Shown piece by piece: positions 27,108-37,120 of a stretch of DNA of 64,000 bases. Numbering within the stretch: the first letter of the stretch is position 1; every line of letters begins with the position of its first letter. The position numbers were made by a program, and so were the translations under genes. Below the pieces are notes generated by a model, which searched no databases, was not told the origin of the DNA, and worked only from the letters and a program-made list of their open reading frames with translations. Source of the stretch: Gemmatimonadota bacterium (GTDB taxonomy: Bacteria; Gemmatimonadota; Gemmatimonadetes; Palauibacterales; Palauibacteraceae); contig JBDHAC010000003.1 in assembly GCA_039588275.1 (NCBI GenBank), forward strand, positions 56,855 to 120,854, written 5' to 3'.

Positions 27108-28342
27108 ATCTCGAGCCTCGGCAGCGCCGCCCGTAGGTCATCGAGCGACATGTCGTCCAGGAAGAGATCGTCCTCGTTTAGCGCGTTGCGGCTGATGAGC
27201 GCCACGTCCCGGTCCGCAAACCGGCGCAGAGCCGTCAAGTGATCCGCTCCCGGCAGAAGGCCGGCGGTCGTGACCATCGGCCCATACAGCGTGTTGGGCA
27301 CCGCGCACGCCGTGATCTCGGCCCCGCAGGCATCCGCGATCTCGTCCGCCAGCCTCGTCAACGACGGCGCCATGGAGGTGCCGGTGATGAGCACGATCCG
27401 TGTCCCGTCCAATCTCGGAAGACCCTCCAGCCCCTCACGCACCGAGTCGCGCAAGAACGAGATCGCGCCTACGCCGTTGCTCTCCAGTTCGAGGTTGTCA
27501 AAGTACTCCCGGCCCGGTGGTTCGAGGCCAGCCTGCAGGAACAGCTCGTCGGCGGCGTAACACCAACCGAAGCCGCGCTCGCTACGAGCGGTGTCTCGGA
27601 CCACGTCGATTCGCCTCAGCGTCTCCACACATTCGGCCGCGGTCAAGGGGCGGACGCCGCGGTCCCGATTGTGGGCCGTCAGCCCGACGGGCACGACCGA
27701 GAGAGACGCGATGGCGTCACCACGTGCATAGAGATCGGAGATCGTCCGCTCCAACACCGCGCCGTCATTCACTTCGGGACACAATACGATCTGGGCATGG
27801 ACTGCCACTCCGCCAGCCCACAGTCGATCCAGGTGCTCGCCGATGTCCGCCGAGCGCGGGTTCTTGAGCATGCTCAGCCGCGCATCGGGGTCGGTCGCAT
27901 GAACGCTCACGTACAAGGGTGACAACCGCTGCTCGAAGATCCGCTCCCAATCGGGCTCTCGCAGATTGGTGAGCGTTACGTAGTGCCCGAACAGAAACGA
28001 CAGACGATAATCGTCGTCCTTCACGTACAGGGCCGGCCGTAGCGTGCGCGCCTTCGGGTTCCCCTTCACGAAACAGAACGGGCACGCGTTGGTGCAGCGG
28101 CGCACCTTGTCCGGCTCCGGCACCAGACCGAGGGGCTCATCGGGCTCCTTCGCGATGTCGTACACGAGCCGTCCGCCGCCCGGCGTCTCGACCTCGAGCT
28201 CGACGTGGTCTTCCGCCTGGTAGAACAGCAGATCGAGGCCGTCCCTCAACTCGTGATCGTTGATACGGAGCAGCAGGGTCCCCGGACGGATGTCCAACTC
28301 CGTGGCGATCGAGTCGGGCTTCACCTTCGCGACACGGATCAT
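27065..28342 (-). CDS. DUF512 family radical-SAM-like Fe-S protein with N-terminal PDZ-like domain
   Basis: CTNACPFC, LYVKDDDYRLSFLFGHYVTLTN, LSPLYVSVH, VVPVGLT, FLDD. Confidence 0.88.
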   Translation of the reverse strand: MIRVAKVKPDSIATELDIRPGTLLLRINDHELRDGLDLLFYQAEDHVELEVETPGGGRLVYDIAKEPDEPLGLVPEPDKVRRCTNACPFCFVKGNPKARTLRPALYVKDDDYRLSFLFGHYVTLTNLREPDWERIFEQRLSPLYVSVHATDPDARLSMLKNPRSADIGEHLDRLWAGGVAVHAQIVLCPEVNDGAVLERTISDLYARGDAIASLSVVPVGLTAHNRDRGVRPLTAAECVETLRRIDVVRDTARSERGFGWCYAADELFLQAGLEPPGREYFDNLELESNGVGAISFLRDSVREGLEGLPRLDGTRIVLITGTSMAPSLTRLADEIADACGAEITACAVPNTLYGPMVTTAGLLPGADHLTALRRFADRDVALISRNALNEDDLFLDDMSLDDLRAALPRLEIWPSDNVIDVLNRE

Positions 28343-28369
28343 CCGTGCGGTTCCCCCCTGAGTCGGACG

Positions 28370-28834
28370 TCAACCACTCTCTTCTCGGGACTCGAAGTCG
28401 GCCTCGGCGAGGGCATGACGCGCGCGGGCGTACTGGTACGCCGGAACCAGGACCCGAACGATCGCGAGTCCGCCCACCCCGACCACGTTCGCGTGATCCG
28501 TTTGGGAGAGTACCTGCGCATCGAGGCCGGAAGCCCGGAGCACGCCGGCGATCACCTCGGCGCGCAGCTCGTCCTTCGGACGGTCGATCTCCGCCCACCC
28601 CTGCAGTATGCGGATGCCCGCGTGTGTCCCGCAGAGACTCGCGTGCTTGTCGCCCTGATCGCAGTGATCGCACACCGCCGCTCCGCACACGGCGCAGGCG
28701 CGGGATGCCACGGTGCTGGGGTGCGAGCTACAGGCTTGCGGCTGACGGAGGGTTCCGCACCAACCACATCGGGAGAGAGAGGACCGCCACCCCCTCCCGC
28801 AGCGCGGGCAGCTGTTCGCGTGACTGGCGTCCAC
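28370..28834 (-). CDS. Cys-rich zinc-finger plus DUF2007-like domain protein
   Basis: CxxC..CxxC, CxxH...CxxC...CxxC...CxxH, then AEVIAGVLRASGL...VRVLVP. Confidence 0.6.
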   Translation of the reverse strand: MDASHANSCPRCGRGWRSSLSRCGWCGTLRQPQACSSHPSTVASRACAVCGAAVCDHCDQGDKHASLCGTHAGIRILQGWAEIDRPKDELRAEVIAGVLRASGLDAQVLSQTDHANVVGVGGLAIVRVLVPAYQYARARHALAEADFESREESG

Positions 28835-28889
28835 CTAGCGGCGACCTGCTAGGTGGACGCTGGCCTGTGAGGCGTGGGAGCGAGCGCCC

Positions 28890-30251
28890 TCAGGAGCCGC
28901 TCTTCCTGTACCGGAACCCCATGATCGGCTCGCTGACCGTCACGTTCAGCTCGAACCGCTCGCGGGACTCGGGCGCCGGTGCCGGTCTGGACAGCATCTC
29001 GGTAGCGATCACCTGGCCGTCTGCCCCGATGAACTCGAACGGGATCTGGATGGCGCCTCCCGCCGCTCGCGCCTCCAGGACGCCGCGGACCACGTAGCTT
29101 CCCTCCTCGACCTCGGCGATCTGGACGGCGTGAAACACGATCTCGGTGTTCTCCCCATCCTGGAGAATCTGCATCGCCTGTCGATCGTCGTTGTTCTGCG
29201 CCACGGCGCTGGCATACAGCTGGTAGTTCGCCGCGTCGTACGGGTACCATGTGATCAGGGTATCGGCGAGCGCGAGAATCGGGTCGGATGCATCGTCGGC
29301 CTGCACGGAGGCGTTCACGTAGTTCTCCATCGCCTCCTTGTTGTAGGGGTTCTGCGCCCGGGCATTGGCGAATGCTTCCGTCGCGCGCGCGTAATCTCCC
29401 GAGTTGTACAAGCCTACACCCACCTGGACCCATAGCTCGGCATCTAGATCGGTCCGTGACATGACGTCGGCGAAGATCGCGGACGCCTCCTCGCCCTGGC
29501 CGGTGTCCGAGAGAGCAATCGCGTAGTTCACGCGCACCGCCACGTCCTCGGGGAACTGTGCCAGATACGATTCGAAGGCTGAAGCCGCCTCCTCCTGACG
29601 GCCGTTGGCGAGGAGGAGATCGCCCAGCCCGGTGAGCGCCTGCCGGACCTGGTCTTGCTCCCCGCCCGCGTCGAGGCCTGCACGGTAGATCTCGATCGCC
29701 TTCTCCTCGTTCCCCTGCTCCAGATAAAGCAGGGCCGTGTTGTTGAAGGCGCGGATGTCCTCGTACACGATGTTGGCCAGCTCGAAATGACCCAGGGCAC
29801 CCTCGGTATCGCCTCCCTGGTACGCCTCGATGGCTTCGTTGTAGATGTTCACCCACGCGTTGTAGCGCGTGTCGGAGGCCACCTGGCCGCATTCGGGCGC
29901 GATCTCGATGAACTTGTTCAGGAGGCCGTGCGCCGCCAGATAATCCTTGAGCCCGATCTGGGCGTTGGCGGCCAACAGGAAGACGGCCGGGTCGTCAGTA
30001 TCCAACCAAGGCTCAAGAGCAGCCAGCGCCTCGGCGTATCCCCGCTCGGCGTCCTCCGGGCTCTCGGCGGCTTGGGCTCTCTGCAGGGCGGCCGCGCCGT
30101 CGTTGGTCGTCCTGCTCCCGGTGAGCTGACACTCCTGCGCCTGCTCTTGCTCCTGTGCCAGGGCGGCCGCGGGGAGCACCAGAAGCCATAGCGCTCCGAC
30201 GCACAGCCGGCGCCGAACGTCAGCGCCCAAGAGAGTCTGTCGCATCTTCAT
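28890..30251 (-). CDS. secreted tetratricopeptide repeat protein
   Basis: Signal peptide (LLVLPAAALA|Q), multiple TPR helices, beta-rich C-terminus; start ATG 30251. Confidence 0.78.
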   Translation of the reverse strand: MKMRQTLLGADVRRRLCVGALWLLVLPAAALAQEQEQAQECQLTGSRTTNDGAAALQRAQAAESPEDAERGYAEALAALEPWLDTDDPAVFLLAANAQIGLKDYLAAHGLLNKFIEIAPECGQVASDTRYNAWVNIYNEAIEAYQGGDTEGALGHFELANIVYEDIRAFNNTALLYLEQGNEEKAIEIYRAGLDAGGEQDQVRQALTGLGDLLLANGRQEEAASAFESYLAQFPEDVAVRVNYAIALSDTGQGEEASAIFADVMSRTDLDAELWVQVGVGLYNSGDYARATEAFANARAQNPYNKEAMENYVNASVQADDASDPILALADTLITWYPYDAANYQLYASAVAQNNDDRQAMQILQDGENTEIVFHAVQIAEVEEGSYVVRGVLEARAAGGAIQIPFEFIGADGQVIATEMLSRPAPAPESRERFELNVTVSEPIMGFRYRKSGS

Positions 30252-30591
30252 TTGCGTCCTGATCTGCAGATTCCAGTTTCCGAAAGCTAGCGTCGGTCGC
30301 GCGATCCCGCACGACCGCGAGCCGTAACGTTCCCCCGGCTGAAAGCCGACTGAAAACCCCCGCACCGCCCACACTTGAGACGATGAGTCGGTCCGCTCCT
30401 TAGGACGATAATCCGTCCGCTCGAGTCACATTCAGGCCCCCGGGCGGAGCCGTCGGCGTCCCTCGTCGCGGAGTCCCGGATGGGGCCCCGATGACCACGT
30501 CGATCAGGTACCCTGCGCGCGGGCTCGCGGTCCGCTGGGCCTGTCCGACCGGAGCCCGCGACACCGCGATCGGCCCGCTGTCAGCCCCGGC

Positions 30592-31731
30592 CTAGTACGT
30601 GAGGAGATGTGCCGTGTTGAACAGTACGACGGTCTCCCCCGCCGCGAGCTCGCCGCATCGACGCAGGACGCGGGCGGCGGCGAGCGTGGCGCCCCCTTCG
30701 ATCGCGGCACCGACGCCCGCGCGCCCGAGCGCTGCCGCGCCGGTCACCATGTCGGCGTCGCTGACCGCCACGGCTCCGCCATCTGAGGCGCGCAAGGCGT
30801 CGAGGATGAGGAAGTCGCCCAGTGCTCCGGGAACCCGAAGCCCGAAGGCCTCGGTTCGGGCCCCCTCCCAAGGGACGGCCCTGTCAGCCCCCTCCTCCCA
30901 GGCCCGCACGATCGGGGCGCACCCATCGCTCTGTACCGCGTACAGGCGCGTCGACGTGTCCGCGAGACCCAGCGTCTGGAGCTCGTTCAGCACCTTCCAA
31001 CTGCCGATCAGGCCCGTCCCGCCCCCGGTCGGATAGACGATCGCGTCGGGCGCTTGCCAGTCGAGCGCTTCAACGATCTCGAGCATCATCGTCTTCTTGC
31101 CTTCGATCCTGTACGGCTCCCGAAGGGTCGAGACGTTGAAAGCGCCGGTCTCCGAGGCGAACTCCTGGGAGAGCCGGCCGCACTCGTCGATCAGGCCGTC
31201 GACTCGCTCGATCTCGGCTCCGTAATGCTCGCAGCGTCGTGCGACACCGGGCGGTGTGTCGATCGGCATGAACAGCTTCGCTCTGACGTCTGCGCGGGCG
31301 GCGTATGCCGCGAGGGCAGCGCCCGCGTTCCCCGCGGTCGGCACGACCAGTGCCTCGGCGCCCTCGAGGACGGCGCGCGTGACGGCAGCGGAGAGTCCGC
31401 GGTCCTTGAAGCTCCCGGTCGGATTCTGGCCTTCGTCCTTCACGAGCAGCCTGACGCCGCCCAACTCCTCTCCCAGCGCCCGCAGCTCCAGCAGCGGCGT
31501 CTGCCCCTCCCCGAGGCTGACCGGTCGCTCGCCATTAGACAGCGGGAGAAGTTCCCGAAAGCGCCACATGCTGCCCTGCCGCTCGGACCAGGCCGCCCGC
31601 AGCTCACCGCCGTCGTCGGCCTCGAGCTCGTAACGGACCAACAGCGGTTTCCCGCACGAACCGCACACGGTCGCCCCGCGTCGGTCCGCGGGCTCCCTGC
31701 AGGCCCCACACTCCAGGTGCCACTCAGCCAT
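30592..31731 (-). CDS. thrC: threonine synthase
   Basis: N-terminal Zn ribbon, SLGEGQTPL, NPTGSFKDRG (PLP Lys), GNAG, PYRIEGKKT, PTGGG. Confidence 0.9.
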   Translation of the reverse strand: MAEWHLECGACREPADRRGATVCGSCGKPLLVRYELEADDGGELRAAWSERQGSMWRFRELLPLSNGERPVSLGEGQTPLLELRALGEELGGVRLLVKDEGQNPTGSFKDRGLSAAVTRAVLEGAEALVVPTAGNAGAALAAYAARADVRAKLFMPIDTPPGVARRCEHYGAEIERVDGLIDECGRLSQEFASETGAFNVSTLREPYRIEGKKTMMLEIVEALDWQAPDAIVYPTGGGTGLIGSWKVLNELQTLGLADTSTRLYAVQSDGCAPIVRAWEEGADRAVPWEGARTEAFGLRVPGALGDFLILDALRASDGGAVAVSDADMVTGAAALGRAGVGAAIEGGATLAAARVLRRCGELAAGETVVLFNTAHLLTY

Positions 31732-33172
31732 CGCTCCTCTCCCCGGCCCCGGCGCCTTCGAGTCGGGCGAGAACCCGCTCTCGACCGAGCGCGTAGGCCA
31801 CGTCTGCCAACTCCGGCCCCCGGAGTCTTCCGGTCAGGGCCACTCTGACGGGCTGGAAGAGTGAGCGTCCGCGGACTCCGGCCGACTCCCCGGCGGCTGC
31901 GAGCGACTGTTTCAGAACCCGCCGCTCCCAGGTCGAGGTGGTCCAGGCGTCGTGGGCGACACCCAGGGCGCGGTCCGCCTCCGGGTCGGCCAGTGCCGCC
32001 AAGGCATCCGGGCCATCACGCTCGGGCTCTCGGAACAGACCGATGACCTCGTCGGCCGCTTGCGTGAGCAACTCGATTCGGTGTCCGATGACCTCGGCGC
32101 TCCTCTGCAGAGCCGCGGAGTCCAGCCCCAGCCCGGCCGGCTCCACGTAGGGAACCAGGCGACGGGCCATCCGCTCCGGAGACTCCGCCCGCACGTGCTG
32201 CCCCGAGAGCCAGCGCATCTTCTTGAGGTCGAGAGCCGCGTCGGTGGCCCCGATTCGATCGAGATCGATTTCCGCGATCAGCTCCGGAATCCGAAGGAAC
32301 TCCTCGCCGCTCGCCGATGACCAGGAAAGGAGCGACAGGTAGTTGACCACCGCGTCGGGATGATATCCCTTCTCCCGAAAGCTCAGCACTCCTTCCGCGC
32401 CGGCTCGCTTGGAGAGCTTCCCACCTCCCTCCGCCAGCACGGTCGGAATGTGCACGAACTCGGGCGGCTCGACGCCCAACGCACGGTACAGGAGGATCTG
32501 CTTCGGGGTGTTGGACAGGTGGCCGACCCCGCGTATCACATGCGAGATGCGCATCATGATGTCATCGACGGCCACGGCGAAGTTGTACGTCGGTCTGTCG
32601 TCCGCCCTCAGGAGGACCATGTCACCCAGGTCGGTTCCGTCGATTGCGAGCTCTCCCTTGAGACGATCCCGGAAGCTGACCGGTCCGGGCTCCACTCGCA
32701 GCCGGAGTGCGGGGGTGCGGCCCTCGTCGGCGAGATCCGCGGCCGCCGCGTCGGTCAGCGCCCGGCAGCGCTCGTCTCGTCCAGGGGGATCCCCGGCCGC
32801 GACGGCAGCCGTGCGGCGCGCGCCCAGCTCGTCCTCCGTGCAGTAGCAGCGGAAGGCGAGTCCCTCCTCGACCAGTCGGAGAGCGTGCTCCCGATAGATG
32901 GGGTAGCGCTCGCTCTGACGATACGGGCCGTAGGGACCCCCTCGTGCAGGGTCCTCATCCGGCTCGAGACCGAGCCAGGTCAAGCTATCGAGGATCGTGT
33001 CTTCGGCTCCCTCCACGTTCCGCGCCTCATCGGTGTCCTCGAAGCGGAGGACGAAGGCACCGCCGTGGTGACGGGTGAACAGCCAGTTGAGGATCGCCGT
33101 GCGCGCGTTGCCGAGGTGGAGCTCCCCCGTCGGACTGGGGGCGAAGCGGGTACGGACCGGGGACTCACCCAT
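31724..33172 (-). CDS. gltX: glutamate--tRNA ligase
   Basis: RFAPSPTG, HLGN, FEDTD, YRQSER, KLSKR, C-terminal RVALTG..GP anticodon domain. Confidence 0.95.
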   Translation of the reverse strand: MGESPVRTRFAPSPTGELHLGNARTAILNWLFTRHHGGAFVLRFEDTDEARNVEGAEDTILDSLTWLGLEPDEDPARGGPYGPYRQSERYPIYREHALRLVEEGLAFRCYCTEDELGARRTAAVAAGDPPGRDERCRALTDAAAADLADEGRTPALRLRVEPGPVSFRDRLKGELAIDGTDLGDMVLLRADDRPTYNFAVAVDDIMMRISHVIRGVGHLSNTPKQILLYRALGVEPPEFVHIPTVLAEGGGKLSKRAGAEGVLSFREKGYHPDAVVNYLSLLSWSSASGEEFLRIPELIAEIDLDRIGATDAALDLKKMRWLSGQHVRAESPERMARRLVPYVEPAGLGLDSAALQRSAEVIGHRIELLTQAADEVIGLFREPERDGPDALAALADPEADRALGVAHDAWTTSTWERRVLKQSLAAAGESAGVRGRSLFQPVRVALTGRLRGPELADVAYALGRERVLARLEGAGAGERSDG

Positions 33173-35051
33173 CCGCGCCGCTCGCCTCCTCCGGCGTCTC
33201 CTCCGCGAGAGTGCGGCGGATCAGCGCGGCCGTGTTTGCCCCGATGCCCGGTGTTTCGCGCAGCTGTTCGAGGCTGGCGTGGCGGACGGCGTCGAGGCTC
33301 CCGAAGCGGCGGAGCAGCTCCTGCTCTCGAACGGGGCCCACACCCGGGATATCGCCGAGCCGGGACCTGAGCGTCCGACGTCGACGCAGCGTGCGGTTGT
33401 ACCGGAGCGCGAAGCGGTGCGCTTCGTCACGCGCCCGCTGCAACCAGTGGAGACCCGGGTCTGTGCGCGGCAAGCGTACGGGCTCCGATAGACCGGGCCG
33501 GAAGACCTCCTCCTCACGCTTCGCCAACGCCACGGTCGCCAGATCGGACACGCTAGTCGTGTCCATCGCCTGGCGAGCGGCGGCCAGCTGACCCTTCCCT
33601 CCGTCCACGACCACGAGGTCGGGGAGGGGCTTTCCCTCGCGCACGCGACGGTGGAAGTAACGCCCCACGATCTCCTGCATCATCGCGTAATCATCCGGGC
33701 CCTCGTCAGTCCCGCGAATCCGGAAGCGGCGGTACTCGTTCTTGTCGGGTCGTCCGTCCTGCAGCCACACGGCGCTTCCGACCGATTCGCGTCCCCCGAG
33801 CGTGGAGACGTCGAAGCACACGATCGAGCGAGGCGCCTCCGCCAGGTCGAGCTCCTCCGCCAGCCTCCGCGCGGCCGCGGGTGCCGTACCCGTCGCCTCT
33901 CCGCGGTCGCGGGCGGTGCGGGATCTCTCGAGGCGGTCCTGCTCGAGGACGTGCGCCGCGTTCCGCTCGGCCGCGACGACCAGATCCCGCTTGGCCCCGC
34001 GAACCGGGAGGCGGACCGAGAAGGGGCCTTCACGACGCGCGGCCAGGTACTCCTCCACCAGCCCTACATCGTCAAAGGTTCCGGGGACGAGGAGCTCGCC
34101 GGGCGCATCTTCCTGCCTGACGTAGAAACCCTTCACCAGCGCCCCGAGGAGCGCCTCCTCGGTCTCGTCCGTGACGTTGCCCAGGTAGTGAACCTGGCGC
34201 CCGATTACCCGACCCTCCCGAACGCGGATCACCACCCCGCACGCGAGATCCCCGTCTCGGGCGAGTCCGATCGCGTCATGCGTGCCTCCGCGGAAGTCGA
34301 CGGCCGCCTGCCGGCTCTCGATCGCATCGAGACCCCGCAGCACATCTCGCAGTTCCGCGGCTCGCTCGAACTCCAGCCCGTCCGCGGCCTCCTGCATCCG
34401 CCGGGTCACGGCTCGCCGCACACGCCCCGTTCGGCCACCGAGTACCTGGAGGATCTCGTCGATCATGGAACGATACTCGGCTTCGGTCTGAAGACCGGCG
34501 CACGGCGCCCTGCAACGTCCGATGTGGTAATCGAGACACGGGCGTGGAGGGAGCTCGGCCGGCATGCGGTAGTGGCACGATCGGACCGGGTACATCCGCT
34601 TGACCGTGCGCAGCGCGCGGCGCATCGCCTTGACGTCCGTGAACGGTCCGAGGTACCGGGAGCCGTCTTCCTGCAGATGGCGGGTGACGAAGATGCGGGG
34701 GAACGGCTCGTCCACCGTGATCTTGATGTACGGATAGCTCTTGTCGTCGCGCAGCTGGATATTGAAAGGAGGCCCGAACTCCTTGATGAGATTCCATTCG
34801 AGCAGGAGGGCCTCGGCCTCCGATTGCACCGGGAAGGTCTCGAGCGATGCGATGCGCGAGGCGAGGCGTGACAGCTTCACGGACCTGCTTGCATCCGCGC
34901 CCACATACCCCGCCACCCGAGCGCGGAGCGACTTGGCCTTGCCCACGTACAGCGCGCTGCCGTCCGCGTCCCGGAACAGGTAGACGCCCGGGCGACTCGG
35001 GAGGGAGCGGATCTGCTCTCGCAGTCTCTCGTCGCGCTCGTCGGAGCTCAT
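33165..35051 (-). CDS. uvrC: excinuclease ABC subunit C
   Basis: PGVYLF, YVGKAKSL, DDKSYPY, FERAA, DGGKGQL, RDEAHRFA, HhH; ATG overlaps murJ stop. Confidence 0.96.
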   Translation of the reverse strand: MSSDERDERLREQIRSLPSRPGVYLFRDADGSALYVGKAKSLRARVAGYVGADASRSVKLSRLASRIASLETFPVQSEAEALLLEWNLIKEFGPPFNIQLRDDKSYPYIKITVDEPFPRIFVTRHLQEDGSRYLGPFTDVKAMRRALRTVKRMYPVRSCHYRMPAELPPRPCLDYHIGRCRAPCAGLQTEAEYRSMIDEILQVLGGRTGRVRRAVTRRMQEAADGLEFERAAELRDVLRGLDAIESRQAAVDFRGGTHDAIGLARDGDLACGVVIRVREGRVIGRQVHYLGNVTDETEEALLGALVKGFYVRQEDAPGELLVPGTFDDVGLVEEYLAARREGPFSVRLPVRGAKRDLVVAAERNAAHVLEQDRLERSRTARDRGEATGTAPAAARRLAEELDLAEAPRSIVCFDVSTLGGRESVGSAVWLQDGRPDKNEYRRFRIRGTDEGPDDYAMMQEIVGRYFHRRVREGKPLPDLVVVDGGKGQLAAARQAMDTTSVSDLATVALAKREEEVFRPGLSEPVRLPRTDPGLHWLQRARDEAHRFALRYNRTLRRRRTLRSRLGDIPGVGPVREQELLRRFGSLDAVRHASLEQLRETPGIGANTAALIRRTLAEETPEEASGADG

Positions 35052-36625
35052 CGGGTCTCGGGTCGAGGGGCGTGGGTCGGGGGCTTTCTCGCGATCAGCA
35101 GGTATGGTACACCCGCCGCCAACAGCGTTCCTAGCAACACGGCGACGAGGCGCACCAGGCTTGGTCCGCCGATCACCGACTCCAGCCACATACGCGCCGG
35201 GAGGGCCAGGAGCGCGGCGGTGGCACCTGCGAGGCACAACCGCAGCAGTCCCCGTCGCTCGCTTGGGCCGAAGAGCGGCCCGGTCCTATGCCCGAGGCGG
35301 TGCCACAGCAAGCTCAGGTTCAGCCACGCTCCGACGGCGCCTCCCAGGGGCAGCCCCGCCGCCGCGCGCGCGCCGAAGCCCGCTGATCGGAGCCAGAACA
35401 TGAGACCGGCTCCCACCGCCACGCCGGTCACCACCGACACGGCGGCGATCCGCATCGGGGTCACCGTGTTCTGGAGCGCGTGGAAGCCGCTCGCGAACAG
35501 CTTCACGAGGCTCGAAGCCACGATGCCGATGGCGTAAGCGGCCAGAATCCAGCGTACGATCTCCGTGCTGTCCGCACCAAACTCGTTTCTCTGGTAGATG
35601 ACGCCGACCACCAGATCGCCGAACAGCAGCAGGACGAGGGCAGAGGGAAGAACGAAGAACAGGATCCTGAAGAGTCCGTCCACCAGGTGGGGACGGAGCG
35701 CCGTGGCTTCATTACCGCGCGACATCTCCGGTAGAGAGGCCGCCGCTACCGAAACGCCGAACAAGCCCAGGGGCAGATAGGCGATGCGCTGCGCGTAGTA
35801 CAACCCGGCGACGGCCGCGAGGCCCACGGCTCCGCCGAGCATGCTGGCGAGGACGACGTCGAGAAGGCTCGACACCTGGAAGATCCCCTGCCCTGCCGCG
35901 ACGGGGGCCGCGTTGCGCGTCACGCGGCGCACCGGCTCCCACCCCCGCTCGATCGCCGGTCGCAACGTCCGGGCGAGCCTGCGCGCGGTCGGGAGCTGGA
36001 TCCCCAGCTGCAGGAAGCTGCCGACGAGAGTCGACCACGCGAGTACGTGGATCAGCGGCTCCCAACCGAAGCGGGCGCCCAGGAGAAGGCCCGCGATTTG
36101 TGCCCCGTTCCAGAGCACGGGAGCGACGTAGGGGAGGAAGAAGCGGCGGTGGCTGTTGAGGACGCCCAGGCACCAGGCCCCGACGATCATCACCCCTGCC
36201 ATCGGAAATAGGATCCGGACCAGGCGCCCGGTCAGCGCGGCCGACGCCGCATCGAACCCGGGCGCGACCAGGCGCGCGAGGGCCGGTGCCAGGAGGACGC
36301 CCAGTCCCGACAGAAGCACCGCCACGGTGAGGACCATCCCCAACACGCCACGAGCGAGCCGCCTGGGGGCCTGGGCGTCCGAACCGTCGCGCTCGAGCAT
36401 CGAGCTGTACACGGGCACGAAGGAGGCGGAGAGCGTGCCCTCTCCCAACAGGTTACGGAGGACGTTCGGGATGCGGAGCGCCGCGGCGTAGGCTCCCGCC
36501 GCGGGTCCGGTTCCGAAGAAGGAGGCGATCGTGATGTCGCGGAGAAAACCGGTGATGCGGCTGAGGAGGATCCCCGAGCCGACCCGGAAGGCGGAACGCC
36601 CGGTTGAAGTGGGAGCGGCGGTCAC
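35048..36625 (-). CDS. murJ: lipid II flippase MurJ (MviN)
   Basis: SRITGFLRD, RIPNVLRNLLGEGTLSASFVP, LPLGLFG, about 14 TM. Confidence 0.93.
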   Translation of the reverse strand: MTAAPTSTGRSAFRVGSGILLSRITGFLRDITIASFFGTGPAAGAYAAALRIPNVLRNLLGEGTLSASFVPVYSSMLERDGSDAQAPRRLARGVLGMVLTVAVLLSGLGVLLAPALARLVAPGFDAASAALTGRLVRILFPMAGVMIVGAWCLGVLNSHRRFFLPYVAPVLWNGAQIAGLLLGARFGWEPLIHVLAWSTLVGSFLQLGIQLPTARRLARTLRPAIERGWEPVRRVTRNAAPVAAGQGIFQVSSLLDVVLASMLGGAVGLAAVAGLYYAQRIAYLPLGLFGVSVAAASLPEMSRGNEATALRPHLVDGLFRILFFVLPSALVLLLFGDLVVGVIYQRNEFGADSTEIVRWILAAYAIGIVASSLVKLFASGFHALQNTVTPMRIAAVSVVTGVAVGAGLMFWLRSAGFGARAAAGLPLGGAVGAWLNLSLLWHRLGHRTGPLFGPSERRGLLRLCLAGATAALLALPARMWLESVIGGPSLVRLVAVLLGTLLAAGVPYLLIARKPPTHAPRPETR

Positions 36626-36650
36626 GCCGTCGCGCGTCCGCGAGGCGGGC

Positions 36651-36953
36651 TCAGCCGTCCGACTCTTCGGACGAGATGTTCTCGTCCGGGCCTTCAGTCA
36701 GCCGGGGCGCGTCTTCGTCCGGTCCCTCGACGAGCGAGCGCACGAACTTGGATTCCTCGCTCAGGCTCTCGACGGCCTCGGTCAGGTATCGGACTTCGGC
36801 CTCGAGAGCATCGAGCCTGGGGCCGGTGCCCTTCGCATCATCTCCCGATGAGATGCGCCGGGCGAGAGCTTGTCCCACCGGTGAGTCGATCACGATCGCG
36901 AGGACCGGGATCAGGACCACGAGGGCGAGGATGAATGCGAAGGCCGCGACCAT
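36651..36953 (-). CDS. small membrane-anchored coiled-coil hypothetical protein
   Basis: N-terminal TM, then PVGQALARRI and heptad pattern RLDALEAEVRYLTEAVESLSEE; collinear with neighbours. Confidence 0.65.
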   Translation of the reverse strand: MVAAFAFILALVVLIPVLAIVIDSPVGQALARRISSGDDAKGTGPRLDALEAEVRYLTEAVESLSEESKFVRSLVEGPDEDAPRLTEGPDENISSEESDG

Positions 36954-37120
36954 CGAGCGTATGCCTGGCTCTGTGTTGACACTGGCGGCGCGGGGTTTTC
37001 GGGTCGACCCACGTCGCGTCGGGAACCTATTCGCCTATCCTACCCCGCAGCAACGCGGCGGTGCGCGTCGGCGGTAAGAGCGGACTCCCGGCGAGCTGCC
37101 CATCTCCCCGTGCGGTCCGC

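Noticed and set aside
30252..30591. Possible ncRNA or riboswitch in the 340-bp thrC-TPR gap
   Set aside because: No recognisable RNA family motif or convincing terminator by eye; probably a promoter region, though an Rfam scan would be needed to exclude it
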